64,000 nucleotides of DNA from Narcine bancroftii (lineage: Eukaryota), in the NCBI RefSeq assembly GCF_036971445.1, contig NC_091469.1, positions 136,648,001 to 136,712,000 on the forward strand, read 5' to 3'. Below the pieces are notes generated by a model that was given only the letters and a program-made list of their open reading frames with translations, ran no database searches and was not told the origin of the DNA. The stretch's first letter is position 1. Every line of letters begins with the position of its first letter. Position numbers and translations under genes: made by a program. This document shows, one piece after another, positions 38,311-51,496 of the stretch.

Positions 38311-40915
38311 CAGGAGTCTGCAACCCATGGCTCTTTCATCCCTCTGCTGTGGCTCCCTGTGGCTTTGAAAAAAAATAATGTAAATAGAGTAAATGGCTAT
38401 TTCATTTAAATTATTTTGTTTAATGTAATAATTATTATTTTGGAGATTAAGGTGATCTTGTAACATTAAAATAAAACGTGTTGCAATATTTTGTTGATCA
38501 AAATTTTGCGTCACAGCACTGTAGTGGTTGATACCACTGTATGTATCACCTGTCGCCCCCCCCCGGCAAGTGACTTGTTTTGAATTTCCGACTCCCGGTA
38601 AGCTAACCATGGATAAATTTTTTTTAAAGTTTCTGAAGAAAATAGAACATTTCATGGACAGATTCATTTGCCTTCACTAGTGACAAAGCTGGTGTACCTG
38701 TAATCTTCATATGTGGCGAGAAATTAGCAAACAACAAAATATCAAATGTCAAAAGACATTTCAACTTTTGCTGAAAAATACCCATCTGGAGATAAAAAAA
38801 AAAACTGCATTTCGGAACTGCTGCGGAAAGCTGATCAGAGTAAAAATACTTTGAAGAAGTGGATGAAATCTACAAATTCAAGTACTTCTACTAGTTTTGT
38901 GGCAGCTCGGGAGATAGCCAGGCACGGGAAGCTGTTCACTAATTAGGGACTAATTCGGCTTCAGCGTACTCAATCGCCTGTGACGAATCAAAAGATATAA
39001 GTGATATTCAGCAAATAACGCTATTATGCAGAAATTTGAACTCTACTAGGCCACATGAAGAAATCATTGAGTTGATACCACCTAAAGGCCAAACACAGGG
39101 GAAGACATCTGCGAGGCTATGTTAAATTGTTTAAAGACCAAAGAAATAAACACCACCCCCTTGGCGTCAGTGGCTACTGATGGGGCACGGAGTATGACAG
39201 GAGCACAGAAGGGGCTTGTGACTTTACTTCAGAAGTCACTCGATAGAAAACTGCTGACATTTCACTGCATTCTGCATCTAGAGTCATTGTGCGCACAAAC
39301 GTTTCCTCCGGAATGCACAGAAGTGATGAATCTTGTCATACAGATAGTGAACAAAATAATGGCAAAAGGATCAAATCACCGACAGTTCCGTTCATTATTG
39401 GAAGAAGTTGAAAGCACATACTCTGATCTCCTGCTGCACAACAAAGTCTGGTGGCTGTCCAAAGGGGAGGTGCTGAAGTGGTTTGCTGCATGTCGGGAGC
39501 TTGTAAAAACTTTCCTGCAAAGCAAAGGGCTCACCTTTCCGAAGCTAAAACAGCCAGATGGGCTGGAAAAGCTGCACTTCATGGTGGATATGACCATGCA
39601 CCTTAACATGAACAAAAATCTTCAGGGGAAAGGAGGCACAGCCCTGCAAATGCTGGAGGAGGTTTTGGTGTTTGAGCACAAGATGACAGTGTTTGCTAGA
39701 GATGTATAGAGAGGTATGCTGTCTCACCTCCCCTCTTTGAGAGAGTTCAAAGAAGCACACAATCAGATCAATTACGAGCATTTACAGCGTGCAATCATTG
39801 CAATGCAAACTGGGCTTAGGGAAGGATTCTGTGAGTTCAGAGAAGAAAAAAACATTTTGTCCTTCCCTGTCACTTCCCATAACATCGACTTATCCCTATT
39901 GAATATGAGTGCATTTACAGATGCAAGTCAACCCGATCTTGAGATCAAACTGCCCGATATAGCTGACAAAGACTTATGGGTGTCTAAGTTCAGAAGCTTG
40001 ACAGCTGATCTTGAAGATGTTGCTCGTCAGAAGGCAATTCTTGGCCAGAAGCACAAACGGACTGAAATTGAAAACCTCCCTAAATCGGACAAACTTCTGT
40101 TCGAAACATGGAATTCAATTCCCGACACTTATATGAACATGAAAAAATATGCATTCGGAGTCCTCTCGATCTTTGGATCCACATACTTATGCGAGCAGGT
40201 TTTCTCCAGCATGAACTACATAAAAAGCAAACATCGCTTGCACCTCACGGATGACAGCATGCAATCCTGCGTGAAGATCGAAGTGACGTCTTACAGCCGT
40301 GCAGTGGTATTGATCAGCTGTGCCGTGAGGTTCAAGAGCAGAAGTCACATAAACCAGGTGAAAGGAATCATTCAATGAGTTATTATTTCACAAATATATT
40401 TTTTTATATTTGACCCTGAACTGATGTAGTTGTGTTTTATATTTGGGTTGGCGGTTGACTGCTGTAGCTACATGACTGAAGAAATCAACGGATGACGGCA
40501 ACCTTCAGAATAAAATACAAATTGGCTTTTTTTTTTGTTTGCTCTTTTTAATTAAAGCAAATATTTCTTTGAAAAAAAAATTCCACAAATAGGAGATGGA
40601 CTCAAACAGGCCCGCATTGTGTATTTTATTTGAAACTTATATGTGCCAGTGTCTTTTTATTTTGTTTTAAACAATTTGCTGTTTTGCTTTGTTACAAACA
40701 GAAATAAAATGTCAGTTGCTTTCTTTTGTAGTTCCTTTATTTCACAAATGCAACAAATTATCGTCTTTATATACATAGCATAAATATAATGAAACAATAT
40801 ATGTGGTGTATTCTTCATTTTAGGAATCAAACTAGTCTTGCGGCTTCAGATGGGTTTTATTTGGTGGGAAACAGGCCCAAATGGCTCTTTTAATACTGAA
40901 GGTTACAGACCCCTG
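38311..40915 (+). mobile_element. hAT DNA transposon (Charlie/SPIN/Buster-like) with both ends
   Basis: Perfect 8-bp TSD GGCTAGAG (38303-38310 and 40916-40923). Terminal inverted repeats CAGGAGTCTGCAACC and GGTTACAGACCCCTG (13/15). Confidence 0.95.
38609..40378 (+). pseudogene. Disrupted hAT transposase (GTF2IRD2/EPM2AIP1-like family)
   Basis: Motifs YSIACDES, SVATDGARSMTG, FHCILHLESLCA, WLSKG and IFGSTYLCEQVFS. Contains stops, frameshifts and an apparent internal deletion near 38945. Confidence 0.9.
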
Positions 40916-40934
40916 GGCTAGAGGATTAAATTAA

Positions 40935-41705
40935 ACATATAAACATAGAAGATAGGAGCAGGAGTAGGTCATTCGACCCTTCGAGCCTGCTCCGCCATTC
41001 AACGAGATCATGGCTGATCTTAAAGTTCAGTACCCCGTCCACGCCTTCTCTCCATAATCTTTAATACCCTTATACTGAAGAAATATATCTAATTCCCTCT
41101 TAAATATATTTAATGAACCTGCTTCTACTGCCCTCTGTGGCAATGAATTCCACAGATTCACCACCCTCTGGGTAAAGAAATTCCTCCTCATCTCGGTCCT
41201 AAATGGTTTGCCTATTATCCTCAAACCATGGCTCCGGGTTCTGGATTTTCCCATCATTGGAAACGTCCCATCTGCATCCATTCTGTCCAGTCCTGCCAGA
41301 ATTTTATATGTCTCTATGAGATCCCCTCTCAATCTTCTAAACTTCAGCGAGTACAATCCCAATTTGCGCAATCTTTCCTCATAAGTCATTCCTGCCATTC
41401 CAGGTATCAGCCTGGTGAATCGCCTCTGCACTCCCTCCATTGCAAGAACATCCTTCCTTAGATAAGGTGACCAAAACTGCACACAATACTCCAGGTGGGG
41501 TCTCACCAAGGCCCTGTACAGCAGCAGTAAGGTATCCTTGTTCCTATACTCAAATGCTCTTGATATGAAGGCCAACATACCATTTGCCTTTTTAACCACC
41601 TGCTGTACCTGCATGCTTGCCTTCAGAGACTGATGTACAAGTACCCCTAGATCTCTCTGCACTTCCCCATCTCTTAATCTATTGCCATTCAAATAGTAAT
41701 CTGAC
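40935..41705 (-). mobile_element. Young 5'-truncated CR1 LINE
   Basis: Uninterrupted 221-aa ORF2 C-terminus at 41027-41692 (LVRPHLEYCVQFWSP; FFTQRVVNLWNSLP), plus 3' UTR and tail. Confidence 0.95.
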
Positions 41706-41849
41706 TTAACCTAGCTTGTATTGCCAGCGTTTAATATGCTCAAAGCATTTACTCCAGTAGTGTAGAGCAACTATTTTCCAGCTCTGCTTGCAACACAATA
41801 GTCACTGACAAACTTATCCCAAAACGCTGAGGCATACAGCAAGTGTCAG

Positions 41850-44060
41850 CAATCCTGCTGCAACTGGATCCAGTCTTCGTGACCTGACCACGACAAGCAG
41901 TGAGCATTGGTGACAACATCGCCACCTCCATGGTAATCCTGATTACCAGATACCTTCAAGATAGTGTCCTCAGTCCTTAGCATATTCCCTAAACACTCAT
42001 GACTGTACATTAATCTCACTCACTCTGCAAATTTGCAGATAATGTTGTAATTGAAGGTCAGATATCAAATAATGAGGGAGGTGGAATATGGGAAGTAAAT
42101 AGCCTAGGCCATGAATTCTCAACCTTAGGATACTGCTCAAATTTTATTCCCCCCCCCACCCCATTTGCATGAGAACCTGTCAAGTTTAGCTGTTTTTTTT
42201 TCCCCTCCTGCCAACTACATAAAAACATACCTTATAGTTTGGTAAATAAGGCGACCTTCAGATAACACGAGACCCTAATTTCAGTCCAGTACCATACATG
42301 GGTTGACTGAGCTGGTGTCATGTTGATTGAGCTGGTGGGCGTGGACAGCAGGTGGGTGAAGCACCATCACAAAGTGATTCACCGTCACTCCCCCAGCAGC
42401 AGTTTCCCCAGTACCTTGGAGACCTGACGCTACCATTGGGATCCCCCCTAAACCCGTTGCAAATGTCTCAAAGCCAGAGACTCAGCCAATAGCCCCAAGC
42501 ACCCAGGTTACTCCTCCAGCAGACACAAGCTCTACCAGCAGCTCCCAGTACCCCAGGGTCCACCCTTGCTACACGCAAGGGACCAAAGACTGCAGCTTAG
42601 CCATGTGCTGAATCCAGACAGGCTGGAGCTCAACCCCAGAAATCCCAGAGCCGGCATGCACTTCTGCTGCTGGCAGAGATGCTTTCTGAATTACGTAACT
42701 GTAATGCCCAGCTAGTCATTTAATTGATAACACTAAAAGTAGATTAGCATGAATTAATATTGAGATTGCAGTTATACCAGTTGGTTTGACTTCTCTTGCT
42801 ACCACTAAACATCTGCTTGAACAAGTCATTTAAAGATCATGTACGTGAAGAATGGAATAATTGGATGAAGAATGCTGAAAAATCCTTTACAAAAGCCTGC
42901 TGCATCACTTGACCTGCTGTATGATATTTGTGATCAAAGCATAGGATAAAATGAAAGGAGAGACTGTAATAAAATCCTTCAAAAAAGTCTGGTATCTCTA
43001 GTGCAATGGATGATACAGAGGATGATTTATTGTGGGACACTGATTACAAAGCCTACTCACCAGATTCAGTCTGGGGCCCATTTGATGAGAGTGTAAACAG
43101 TGAGATTCCAGATGTGCTTGCCAAGTTCTTTGCCTCAAATAATGAAGCTCACGATTTTCAAGGATTTTAAAATGTGAGTTTTTTTTAAAATAATTTTATA
43201 ATTCTTTAATGGTTTAACAGCAGCTTTTAAAAAAAAAATATACCAGTAGCTTAAAAAATTGTTATAGGGTGGGTTATGGAAAAAAATCAGATGGTATTTT
43301 GAGGTCACTGTTTTTGTATCTGGCCTATCTGACAAACCCTTATTTTTTGGAGTGTTTTTTTGGGCACATCAAGTGTCATCTTATCTGCCAAAATATATGG
43401 CAAATATTATTTTATGATTTCAGTCCATGAACCCACCCCCCCCCCCACCTTAAATGTGCTGTGGTACGCAGGAGGCCAGTGTTGAGATTGGCTGGTTTTG
43501 GTGTCAGGATAACAATCTCTCATTCAAAGTTAGCAAAAGAAAGGATTTGGTCAACGACGAGGAAATATGGAGCACCATAGCACAGGTACAGAACTGCACA
43601 TTATAATGGTGCTAGGATGGACATGGTAGAGATATTCAAGTTCTTAGGGGTAGATATCATCAACAACTTGCCTTGACCAACCACATTTGAGTTACAAATT
43701 TAAAAGCCCACCAAATATTTCTCAGAAGCCTGAGGAAACATATACGTTCCCAAGACTCTAGCAACATTTGTTAATGCGCCACAGAAAGTGCCCTGTCCAG
43801 ATGCATTACAGCTTGGTACAGGAACTACTATGTCCAAGATGGCAAGAAACTGAAGGAAGTTGTCAATGCAGGTCAGGCCATCACACAAACCATCCTCCCC
43901 TCTGACTCCATCTTACCTCCCGCTGTCTTTGGGAAACTGCTAACATGCTCCATCCTATCTCTTCTCCTCCTTCTGCTGTGAGAAGATAAACAAGCTTGAA
44001 AACATCAACCTCTGGATTCAATGATAGCTTCTTTTCTGATGTTATCAGATTCTTCAATAG
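41850..44060 (+). mobile_element. Old Rex1/Babar-type LINE split by DNA-transposon insertions
   Basis: RT remnant (PQDSVLSP..KFADN) at 41950-42040 resumes at ~43495 with C-terminal motifs. Confidence 0.65.
42230..43400 (+). mobile_element. pogo/Tc2-like DNA transposon remnant
   Basis: Degenerate terminal inverted repeats ccttatagtttggtaaataaggcgac and gtcatcttatctgccaaaatatatgg. Transposase motifs IAVIPVGLTS..LNKSFKDHVREEW (~42765) and KSFKKSGISSAMDDTEDDLLW (~42972). Confidence 0.8.
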
Positions 44061-45664
44061 ATCTCCCACTTGCAAAAGATAATGCCTTTGTCCACTTTTT
44101 ATATGATACTACCCTCTCTACTTTGTTCAGTTTTGTGTACTTTTGTCCATGTCTTGCACTATTTCATCTCTACTCCTGATATTGTTGTGTTACTTATTTA
44201 TTTATATCGTTGGACAACCTGCCGCATGAATGGACTTGCCCAGATAACAAAAAAAACAAAGCTTTTTGTTGAATTTCAGTAAAAGTAATAAGAAAACGAT
44301 TCAAATCTCTCATGGAGGAACTGATAGCAAGAGCAGATAATTTGAAAATTTCAACTGGGCCAATAGGAGTGAAATGAGGAAGTGCGCGAAAGGTTGTAGA
44401 AATTTGAAACTCATTCCTCCATAACAATGGGGCTTTTTGCAGCATGCTTGTGTGCTGCACTCAACCCCGGGTTCCGCACACGAGCAAGATTCCTCTATTG
44501 TAATAAAAACAGTGCAATGTTACACGGAATTTGCTTCAGCCTGCCACAAGGCAGACAGATTCGCCATCAGCAGAAAATCCCTGAAACCCCTCAGAGTCAG
44601 AGAAAGAGAAGCAAAAGAGAGCACCCTCCGAGTCTCTTGCCTAGAATCGGCAGCAGCCCGCCTCTTGTTTGTTCTTCAGCCGCAGAGACCCTCTCTGGTT
44701 TGTCACCGTGGTCACTGCCCCATGGGTCATCTCCTCTGCTTCTCCTTCTCAAACGTGGGGGTGTTCTACATATTTTCCAGTGGCCTGTGTCAGTCCTCTA
44801 CTTCCCCGGTGTCTGCAACCCTTTGAGGCTGCTGACGATCATAGGTGCTGCCATCTTGAGTGTTTAACACCTCGGAATCAATGGGATCTTTTACGATTTT
44901 CAAGAGGCAGTGGTCGCAAGGTACAAAGGGCCGTGTGCAAATGGTCCATGATTTCATCGGTATTGTGAGGTGTGGTGGGAAACTGGTGGATATTGAGGGG
45001 AGAACTATTTGAACAGACTACACTGTAAATTGATTGTTCATGCATGTTAATTGTTATTGCCTAGTTATCATCAACTTCCTGCAAGTATTTCCTTTGAATG
45101 TCTCAGCAATCAGGGAAATTGAATTTCTCTATTTCATGATCTCTCAATCTGCAGAGACTAAAATTCAATTTCACCAACTTCAGCCATCAAACAAGTTTCC
45201 TTATTAAGAAAATTAACTTCAAAATAAAAGTCAATTCACAAATTGACCTTGACCCTGCTGTTATCTCATTGAAAATCATTAGTTAGGAACAGCTGCATGT
45301 AAAGGTTGGCACTGACAGATGAATGAGATTATATCCATCTATTTATCGCTAACTACGCTGACAAAATACAGAAGGCTCTCTATTTTTTTTTTATATATCA
45401 GTTCATTGTTTTCCAAATCAAAACCCAGTCAAGCAAACTCTTCCATTTTACCCTATCTTTTCAATGCATTTTTAAAGGGAGCCTTGTTTAACGTCATGTT
45501 GGAAAGATCTCTTGAAGCAATTTATACTTCTTCACATGTGGGCAACATGTGATGCCATTTCATTTATGCACTTAAATTTCACTTGTACAATTTAGTTTCA
45601 TTCAAGTCAAGAAACTGAGGGCAAATATCAACCTGCCCCTTCCATTGCACCGCATCCCCACCAA

Positions 45665-45890
45665 CCGGTGGCACAGTTAGTGTAGCAGTTAGTGCAAATC
45701 TATTACAGATCCAGCAGCCCAGATTCCAATCTGGCCCTGTCTGTAAAGGGTTTGTGGGTTCTCCGCATGTCTGCATAGGTGCTCTGGTTTCATCCCACCA
45801 TCCAAAAACGTATGAGGTTTGTCAGTTAATTGATGGATTTGTGGGACATGAACTCATGGGCCAGAAGGTTATCTCAAAATTTAATTAAAA
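45665..45890 (+). mobile_element. V-SINE (HE1-like)
   Basis: tRNA-like head ggtggcacagttagtgtagcagttag followed by the core. Confidence 0.75.
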
Positions 45891-47224
45891 AATTAACTCT
45901 CCATCCTTTTTCCTGAGAGAGAGAGGCTTGTACTTTCTGCATTTTATCAATATAACTAATAGTGGATAGGGTGGGTATGATCTCATTCATTTGTCAATGC
46001 TGATCTTTACATACAACTGTTCAGATCAGATATTTAATGAGATAAGGCCAGGTTCAAGCTCAACTTTTGAATTGCTCTTATTTTGAAGATTTGTACATCC
46101 CTTCAAGTCTGAAGATATGATTAAACCAGTGGAGACGTTAATTTTACTTTTCAAGTTTATGCAATTGCATCCTGATGAAAGGTTGACTGAAATTTTATAT
46201 TTCTTTCTCTTTTGTAATTGAAGCCGCTCGATGTGTTTCATGTTTTTTAAAATTTTTGTTGCAGGTTTCTGCATTCACATGATATTTCTGCTGCACCTGA
46301 GCAGATTCCAATCCCATTATTATTTCCAATTGGTTATACAATTAACAGAACCATAATGAAGATACTTTGTAGAATTAAGTCAGAGGGAATATGAAAGGAA
46401 TTGGCAGACCAGATGCTAAAGGACTGGTTCGATTCACTGAAGAGTATCGAACCACAAAGCTGAGTATCAGGATAAGGCGTCAAAGGGAATACTAAGAGTA
46501 TCAAGTCATCTGTTGTTCAGGTAGACACGAGAAGTGAGAACATCCATTACCTTGTCGAATGCCTGAATGATCGTGCAGTCCTTTTCTAAGTAACAGCAAT
46601 GTTGCCTCTGGTGCAGACCAGGGAAGAGTAGAGATGAGTCTTCCAGCATGCCTCCCATTGGTCCTACTGCTCGGCCATCATCATTGTTGGGCCGGTGCAG
46701 GTTTAAATTGCCTGTACGAAAGGGCTAGAGGCATTTATATTTACATCAAAGAACCCAGGGATGTCAGTGCTCAAGAGGGGAGACCTTGAGGGTTGTGGGC
46801 TCCGGGGAGAGCAGCAGACTGGCGCAGGGTACCAGAAGTGAAGGAACTCCTGTCCTCTAAGGAGAAGCCTTGGATAAGACTGCATAGGGTAGGAGACCGC
46901 AGCAGTGGACCAGCATGGGGCTGGGCAAGCTGAAAGCCACACATCAAGCTGCATGCTGCTGGGGACTGGCTTTAGGAACCAGGAATTGTGATTAGGATTT
47001 GTGAGGGTGCCTATGGTGAGCAAAGATCCCAAATGGCTTCCTAATTGTATCAGGGGTTCAGAACCAGGGGCTGAAGAGAATGACTTGGATGCCTGCAGCA
47101 CAGGTTCACCACAGGAATGGATGAGGGGGCGTGCAACTACAGAGGTTACAGGAGGTAAAAGGCAGTGGCTTTGGAAGAGATGGCAGATTCATGGACACCC
47201 AATGTCACTTAATGTACTCTCTTT

Positions 47225-47497
47225 AGTTTAGTTTATTTATATAGCACATTTAAAACAACTCGCATTGACCAAAATGCTGAACAGATCATAAATTACATAT
47301 TAAATTAAGCAGCTATCTAAAGTGCAGTACGAAACAAGTACCTGAGGTTCAGAATTGTACATAAAACAATCACCTTTAAACACTTCCGAGTGAAAACGCA
47401 AATTCAACCTGGATTTAAAAGAGTTAAAGGAAGGGGTTGATTTGAAAGAGGGAGGAATGTTGTTCCACAGTTTGGGGGGCTGCAATAGCTTTTGCTT
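47225..47497 (-). mobile_element. L2-clade LINE, 3' end
   Basis: PKLWNNIPPSFKSTPSFNSFKSRL and an L2-type tail cagcattttggtcaatgcgagttgttttaaatgtgctatataaataaa. Confidence 0.75.
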
Positions 47498-47604
47498 TGC
47501 TTTCCCTGCTTGAACCTTGGCTATTCTGTGTGAAACATACTTTTGAAATCAAAGAAAAAGCACAAAGTTGGAGAAACTCAGCTGGTCAAGCAGTGTATTT
47601 TTGT

Positions 47605-47776
47605 CTTTTCTTTGGGTTGGTTTCGCGGACGAAGATTTATGGAGGGGTAAACGTCCACGTCATCTGCAGGCTCGTTTGTGGCTGACAAGTCCGATGCAGG
47701 ACAGGCAGACACGGTTGCAGTGGTTGCAAGGGAAAATTGGTGGGTTGGGGTTGGGTGTTGGGTTTTTCCTCCTTTG
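47605..47776 (-). mobile_element. RTE-clade LINE, short 3' fragment
   Basis: Near-identical to the reverse complement of 50487-50652. Confidence 0.9.
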
Positions 47777-47834
47777 TACTTTATAGAGCATATATAAAGA
47801 TACATAATCAAACTTCCAGGTTTCAGCCCAACAT

Positions 47835-48690
47835 CAATCTTCTAAACTCCAGCGAGTACAATCCCAATTTGTGCAATCTTTCCTCATATGTCATTCCTGC
47901 CATTCCAGGTATCGCCTCTGCACTCTCTCCATTGCAAGAACATCCTTCCTTAGATAAGGTGACCAAAACTGCACACAATACTCCAGGTGGGGTCTCACCA
48001 AGGCCCTGTACAGCTGCAGTAAGGTATCCTTGTTCCTATACTCAAACCCTCTTGATATGAAGGCCAATATACCATTTGCCTTTTTAACCACCTGCTGTAC
48101 CTGCATGCTCGCCTTCAGAGACTGGTGTACAAGTACCCCTAGGTCTCTCTGCACTTCCCTATCTCTTAATCTATTGCCATTCAAATAGTAATCTGCCCTC
48201 TGGTTTGTATTACCAAAGTTGATAACCTCACATTTATCCACATTGTAGTCCATTTGCCATGTATCCTCAATTTATCCAAATCACACTGGAGCTTCCTGAC
48301 CCCCCCTCTTCCGTGCACACAACCCCTCCTAGCTTAGTGTCATCTGCAAATTTGGAGATATTACATCCAATCCCCTCATCCAGATCATTAATGTAAATTG
48401 TTAACAGCTGGGGTCCCACTGGTCACCACCTGCCACTCAGAAAATGAGCCATTTATCCCAACTGTCTGTCTTCTACCTGCCAGCCTGTTCTCAATCTACA
48501 TCAATACTTTGCCCCCAATCCCATGAGCCTTGATTTTGTAAGCCAGTCATTTATCCGGGACCTTATCGAAGGCCTTTTGGAAGTCCAGGTACACCACATC
48601 CACTGGCTCTCCCCCATCTATTTTACCTGTCACCATCTCAAAGAATTCCAATAGATTTGTCAAGCACGATTTTCCTTTTGTAAATCCATG
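47835..48690 (-). mobile_element. Young CR1 fragment (same family as 40935-41705), lacking its 3' tail
   Basis: ORF 47891-48253 is nearly identical to part of 41027-41692. RT motifs [11 protein letters not shown] and KFADDTKLGG are present. Confidence 0.9.
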
Positions 48691-49669
48691 TCACAAGGAG
48701 CCTGATTACAATATATCAACTAGGACCAAATTGCAAGAAACAAAGTCCAAAATATATATTTTCTAATATTCTCTTTTTCCTCTCCCCTCTTCCCTCTACC
48801 TCTACCTCCCTCCCTTCTCCCCACCACCCCCATTTATAGTGGGAAAAAAATTGTAAAGACAGATATCCTCCGCCTTTATATTGCTTCATTTACTTCCATA
48901 AAAGGTTCAGAGGAGGATTTGTTGATCCAACTTGCTCCACATTCCTTCCGCCTGGGGGAGGCGGGTTAGTATCAGAGGTGCAGCAAGACGGTCTACCTCA
49001 TCCGTGAAAGGATTACCACTGAATGCGGCTCCAAAGGGGAGGGCTGATGATTTAGCAATAACGCCATCAGTTTGCAACCCAAGAGCACAAATTTTAAAGA
49101 ACCCATATGGTCAAACAAGGCAATTACCTTACTCAAAAGATCTGCCTGAGTCCTAAGACTGCCTGCATAGATCTCCACTACAATTCGTACCTGCTCTTCA
49201 GTCGCCATTTTGAATAAAGGCTGCTTTCCCTTCCCGACGTGCTTGTTTAACGTTACAGTGACATGTGGCATGACTGCACATCTCCCCCGCCTCCTTCAGC
49301 TTCGGAAGCCGACTTGCAAACCACCTCTGCGTAAAAGCTCCATACAATCCGTGATTTTGGTCGTCTGTATAAAAAGTACATTTGCCTTTTAAAAAAAAAA
49401 ACTTGAGCAGGCGATGAGGTGCCTTTTGTGAATAAAAAAACCCTTTTTTTTCTCTCTCTTTTTTTAATATAGCAGAACAAAGTGAAAGTAAAAGAGAATA
49501 TTCAGCAGGCAAACTCCAATCTAGGGGGCACACTCAGATGTGAAGCGAGGTCACTCCACCTCCTCTGTGAAAGCAACGCCACTGAAAGTGGCTACAAAGG
49601 CGTGGGCTGATGAAGTGATATTGTTAGCCTGCATCTAAGGAGCGCAATTAAAATTCATATAACCTAGCT

Positions 49670-50652
49670 TTTTTTGAGTTTTGTGTGCCCGATGGAGATG
49701 TGGGGGGGCTGGTAGTCATGGTGCGGAGCTGGCTGATGTAGGACCAGGCCAAACATTTTGGCAGAAAACTGAGAAAACTGAGGTTCTCCATCAGCCAGCT
49801 CCCCACCATGACTACCAGCCCCCCCACATCTCCATCGGGCACACAAAACTCAAAACAGTCAACCAGTTTACCTATCTCGGCTGCACCATTTCATCCGATG
49901 CAAGGATCGACAACGAGATAGACAACAGACTCACAAAGGCAAATAGCGCCTTTGGAAGACTACACAAAAGAGTCTGGAAAAACAACCAACTGAAAAACCT
50001 CACAAAGATTAGCGTATACAGAGCTGTTGTCATACCCACACTCCTGTTCAGCTCCCAATCATGGGTCCTTTACCGGCATCACCTACAGCTCCTAGAACGC
50101 TTCCACCAGCGTTGTCTCCGCTCCATCCTCAACATTCATTGGAGCGACTTCATCTCCAACATCGAAGTACTCGAGATGGCAGAGGCCGACAGCATCGAAT
50201 CCACGCTGCTGAAGATCCTACTGCGCTGGGTAGGTCACGACTCCAGAATGGAGGACCATTGCCTTCCCAAGATCATGTTATATGGCAAGCTCTCCACTGG
50301 CCACCATAACAGAGGTGCACCAAAGAAGAGGTACAAGGACTGCCTAAAGAAATCTCTTGGTGCCTGCCACATTGACCACCGCCAGTGGGCTGATATCGCC
50401 TCAAACCATGCATCTTGGCGCCTCACAGTTCGGTGGGCAGCAACCTCCTTTGAAGAAGACCGCAGAGCTCACCTCACTGACAAAAGACAAAGGAGGAAAA
50501 CCCAACACCCAACCCCAACCCACCAATTTTCCCTTGCAACTGCTGCAACCATGTCTGCCTGTCCCGCATCAGACTTGTTAGCCACAAACGAGCCTGCAGC
50601 TGACGTAGACATTACCCCTCCATAAATCTTCGTCTGCGAAGCTAAGCCAAAG
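49670..50652 (+). mobile_element. RTE (BovB-like) LINE, 5'-truncated, with 5' inverted duplication
   Basis: ORF 49681-50625 (FTYLGCTIS, ANSAFGRL, RWVGH..RM). Perfect 11-bp TSD ataacctagct (49659-49669 and 50653-50663). Confidence 0.95.
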
Positions 50653-50926
50653 ATAACCTAGCTAATTACGTTGCGCAGGAAATCTGCCAGTCATAAGACT
50701 GATTCAACAGATCTCCACCAGTGCTCTTAGGTATCTATTTCAGGTATAGGTTGCTTTCCCTTCTCAGCACGTATATTGGATGTCACGGTGATGGGTAACG
50801 CTACTGCACCCCTCACCCCACCTCCCTCAGTTCTGGAAGATGGATCCCGATGCTGGTGAGTTGAAGGCAATGCTGGATCTGCCATAGAGTTCTCCATAAA
50901 AAAGTAAATTCCCTTTTTTTTGTTGA

Positions 50927-51067
50927 NNNNNNNNNNNNNNNNNNNNNNNNNNNNNNNNNNNNNNNNNNNNNNNNNNNNNNNNNNNNNNNNNNNNNNNNNN
51001 NNNNNNNNNNNNNNNNNNNNNNNNNNNNNNNNNNNNNNNNNNNNNNNNNNNNNNNNNNNNNNNNNNN
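50927..51067. other. Assembly gap
   Basis: Run of N. Confidence 1.
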
Positions 51068-51496
51068 ACAGAAACAGAACTGTTCGACCCTACTAGTCCA
51101 TGCCAAACATGTTCTTCCATTGACCCGCACCCTTCCATCACCCTCCACACCTCTCTCGTCTATATACCTATCCAAGTTTTACTTGAGTATTAAAATCAAA
51201 CCCGCATCTATCACTTCATCTGGAAGTTCATTTCAGCCTCTCATCATCCTCTGATGTTTCCCCTTAACTTTTCCACCTTCAATCTCAATCTATGCCCCCT
51301 GGTTTGAATCTCCCCCACTCTCAATGGAAAAAAAGTCTTTCTACATTGATTCTATCTGTCCCCCTCATAATTTTTAATACCTCTACAAATCACCCTTCAT
51401 TCTTTTAATCTTTAGGGAATTAAGTCCAAGGCTGCTCAGCCTTTCCCTGAAACCTCGGCAACATTCTCGTAAATCTCTTCTGCACTCTCTCTATAC

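Noticed and set aside
39119-40378. Possible domesticated GTF2IRD2/EPM2AIP1-like host gene
   Set aside because: Stops and frameshifts, with terminal repeats and TSD intact: this is a dead transposon.
44427-44968. Overlapping ORFs in three frames
   Set aside because: GC-rich, repeat-like sequence with few stop codons; no recognisable domain.
50813-51175. ORFs spanning the second gap
   Set aside because: Artefacts of the N run.
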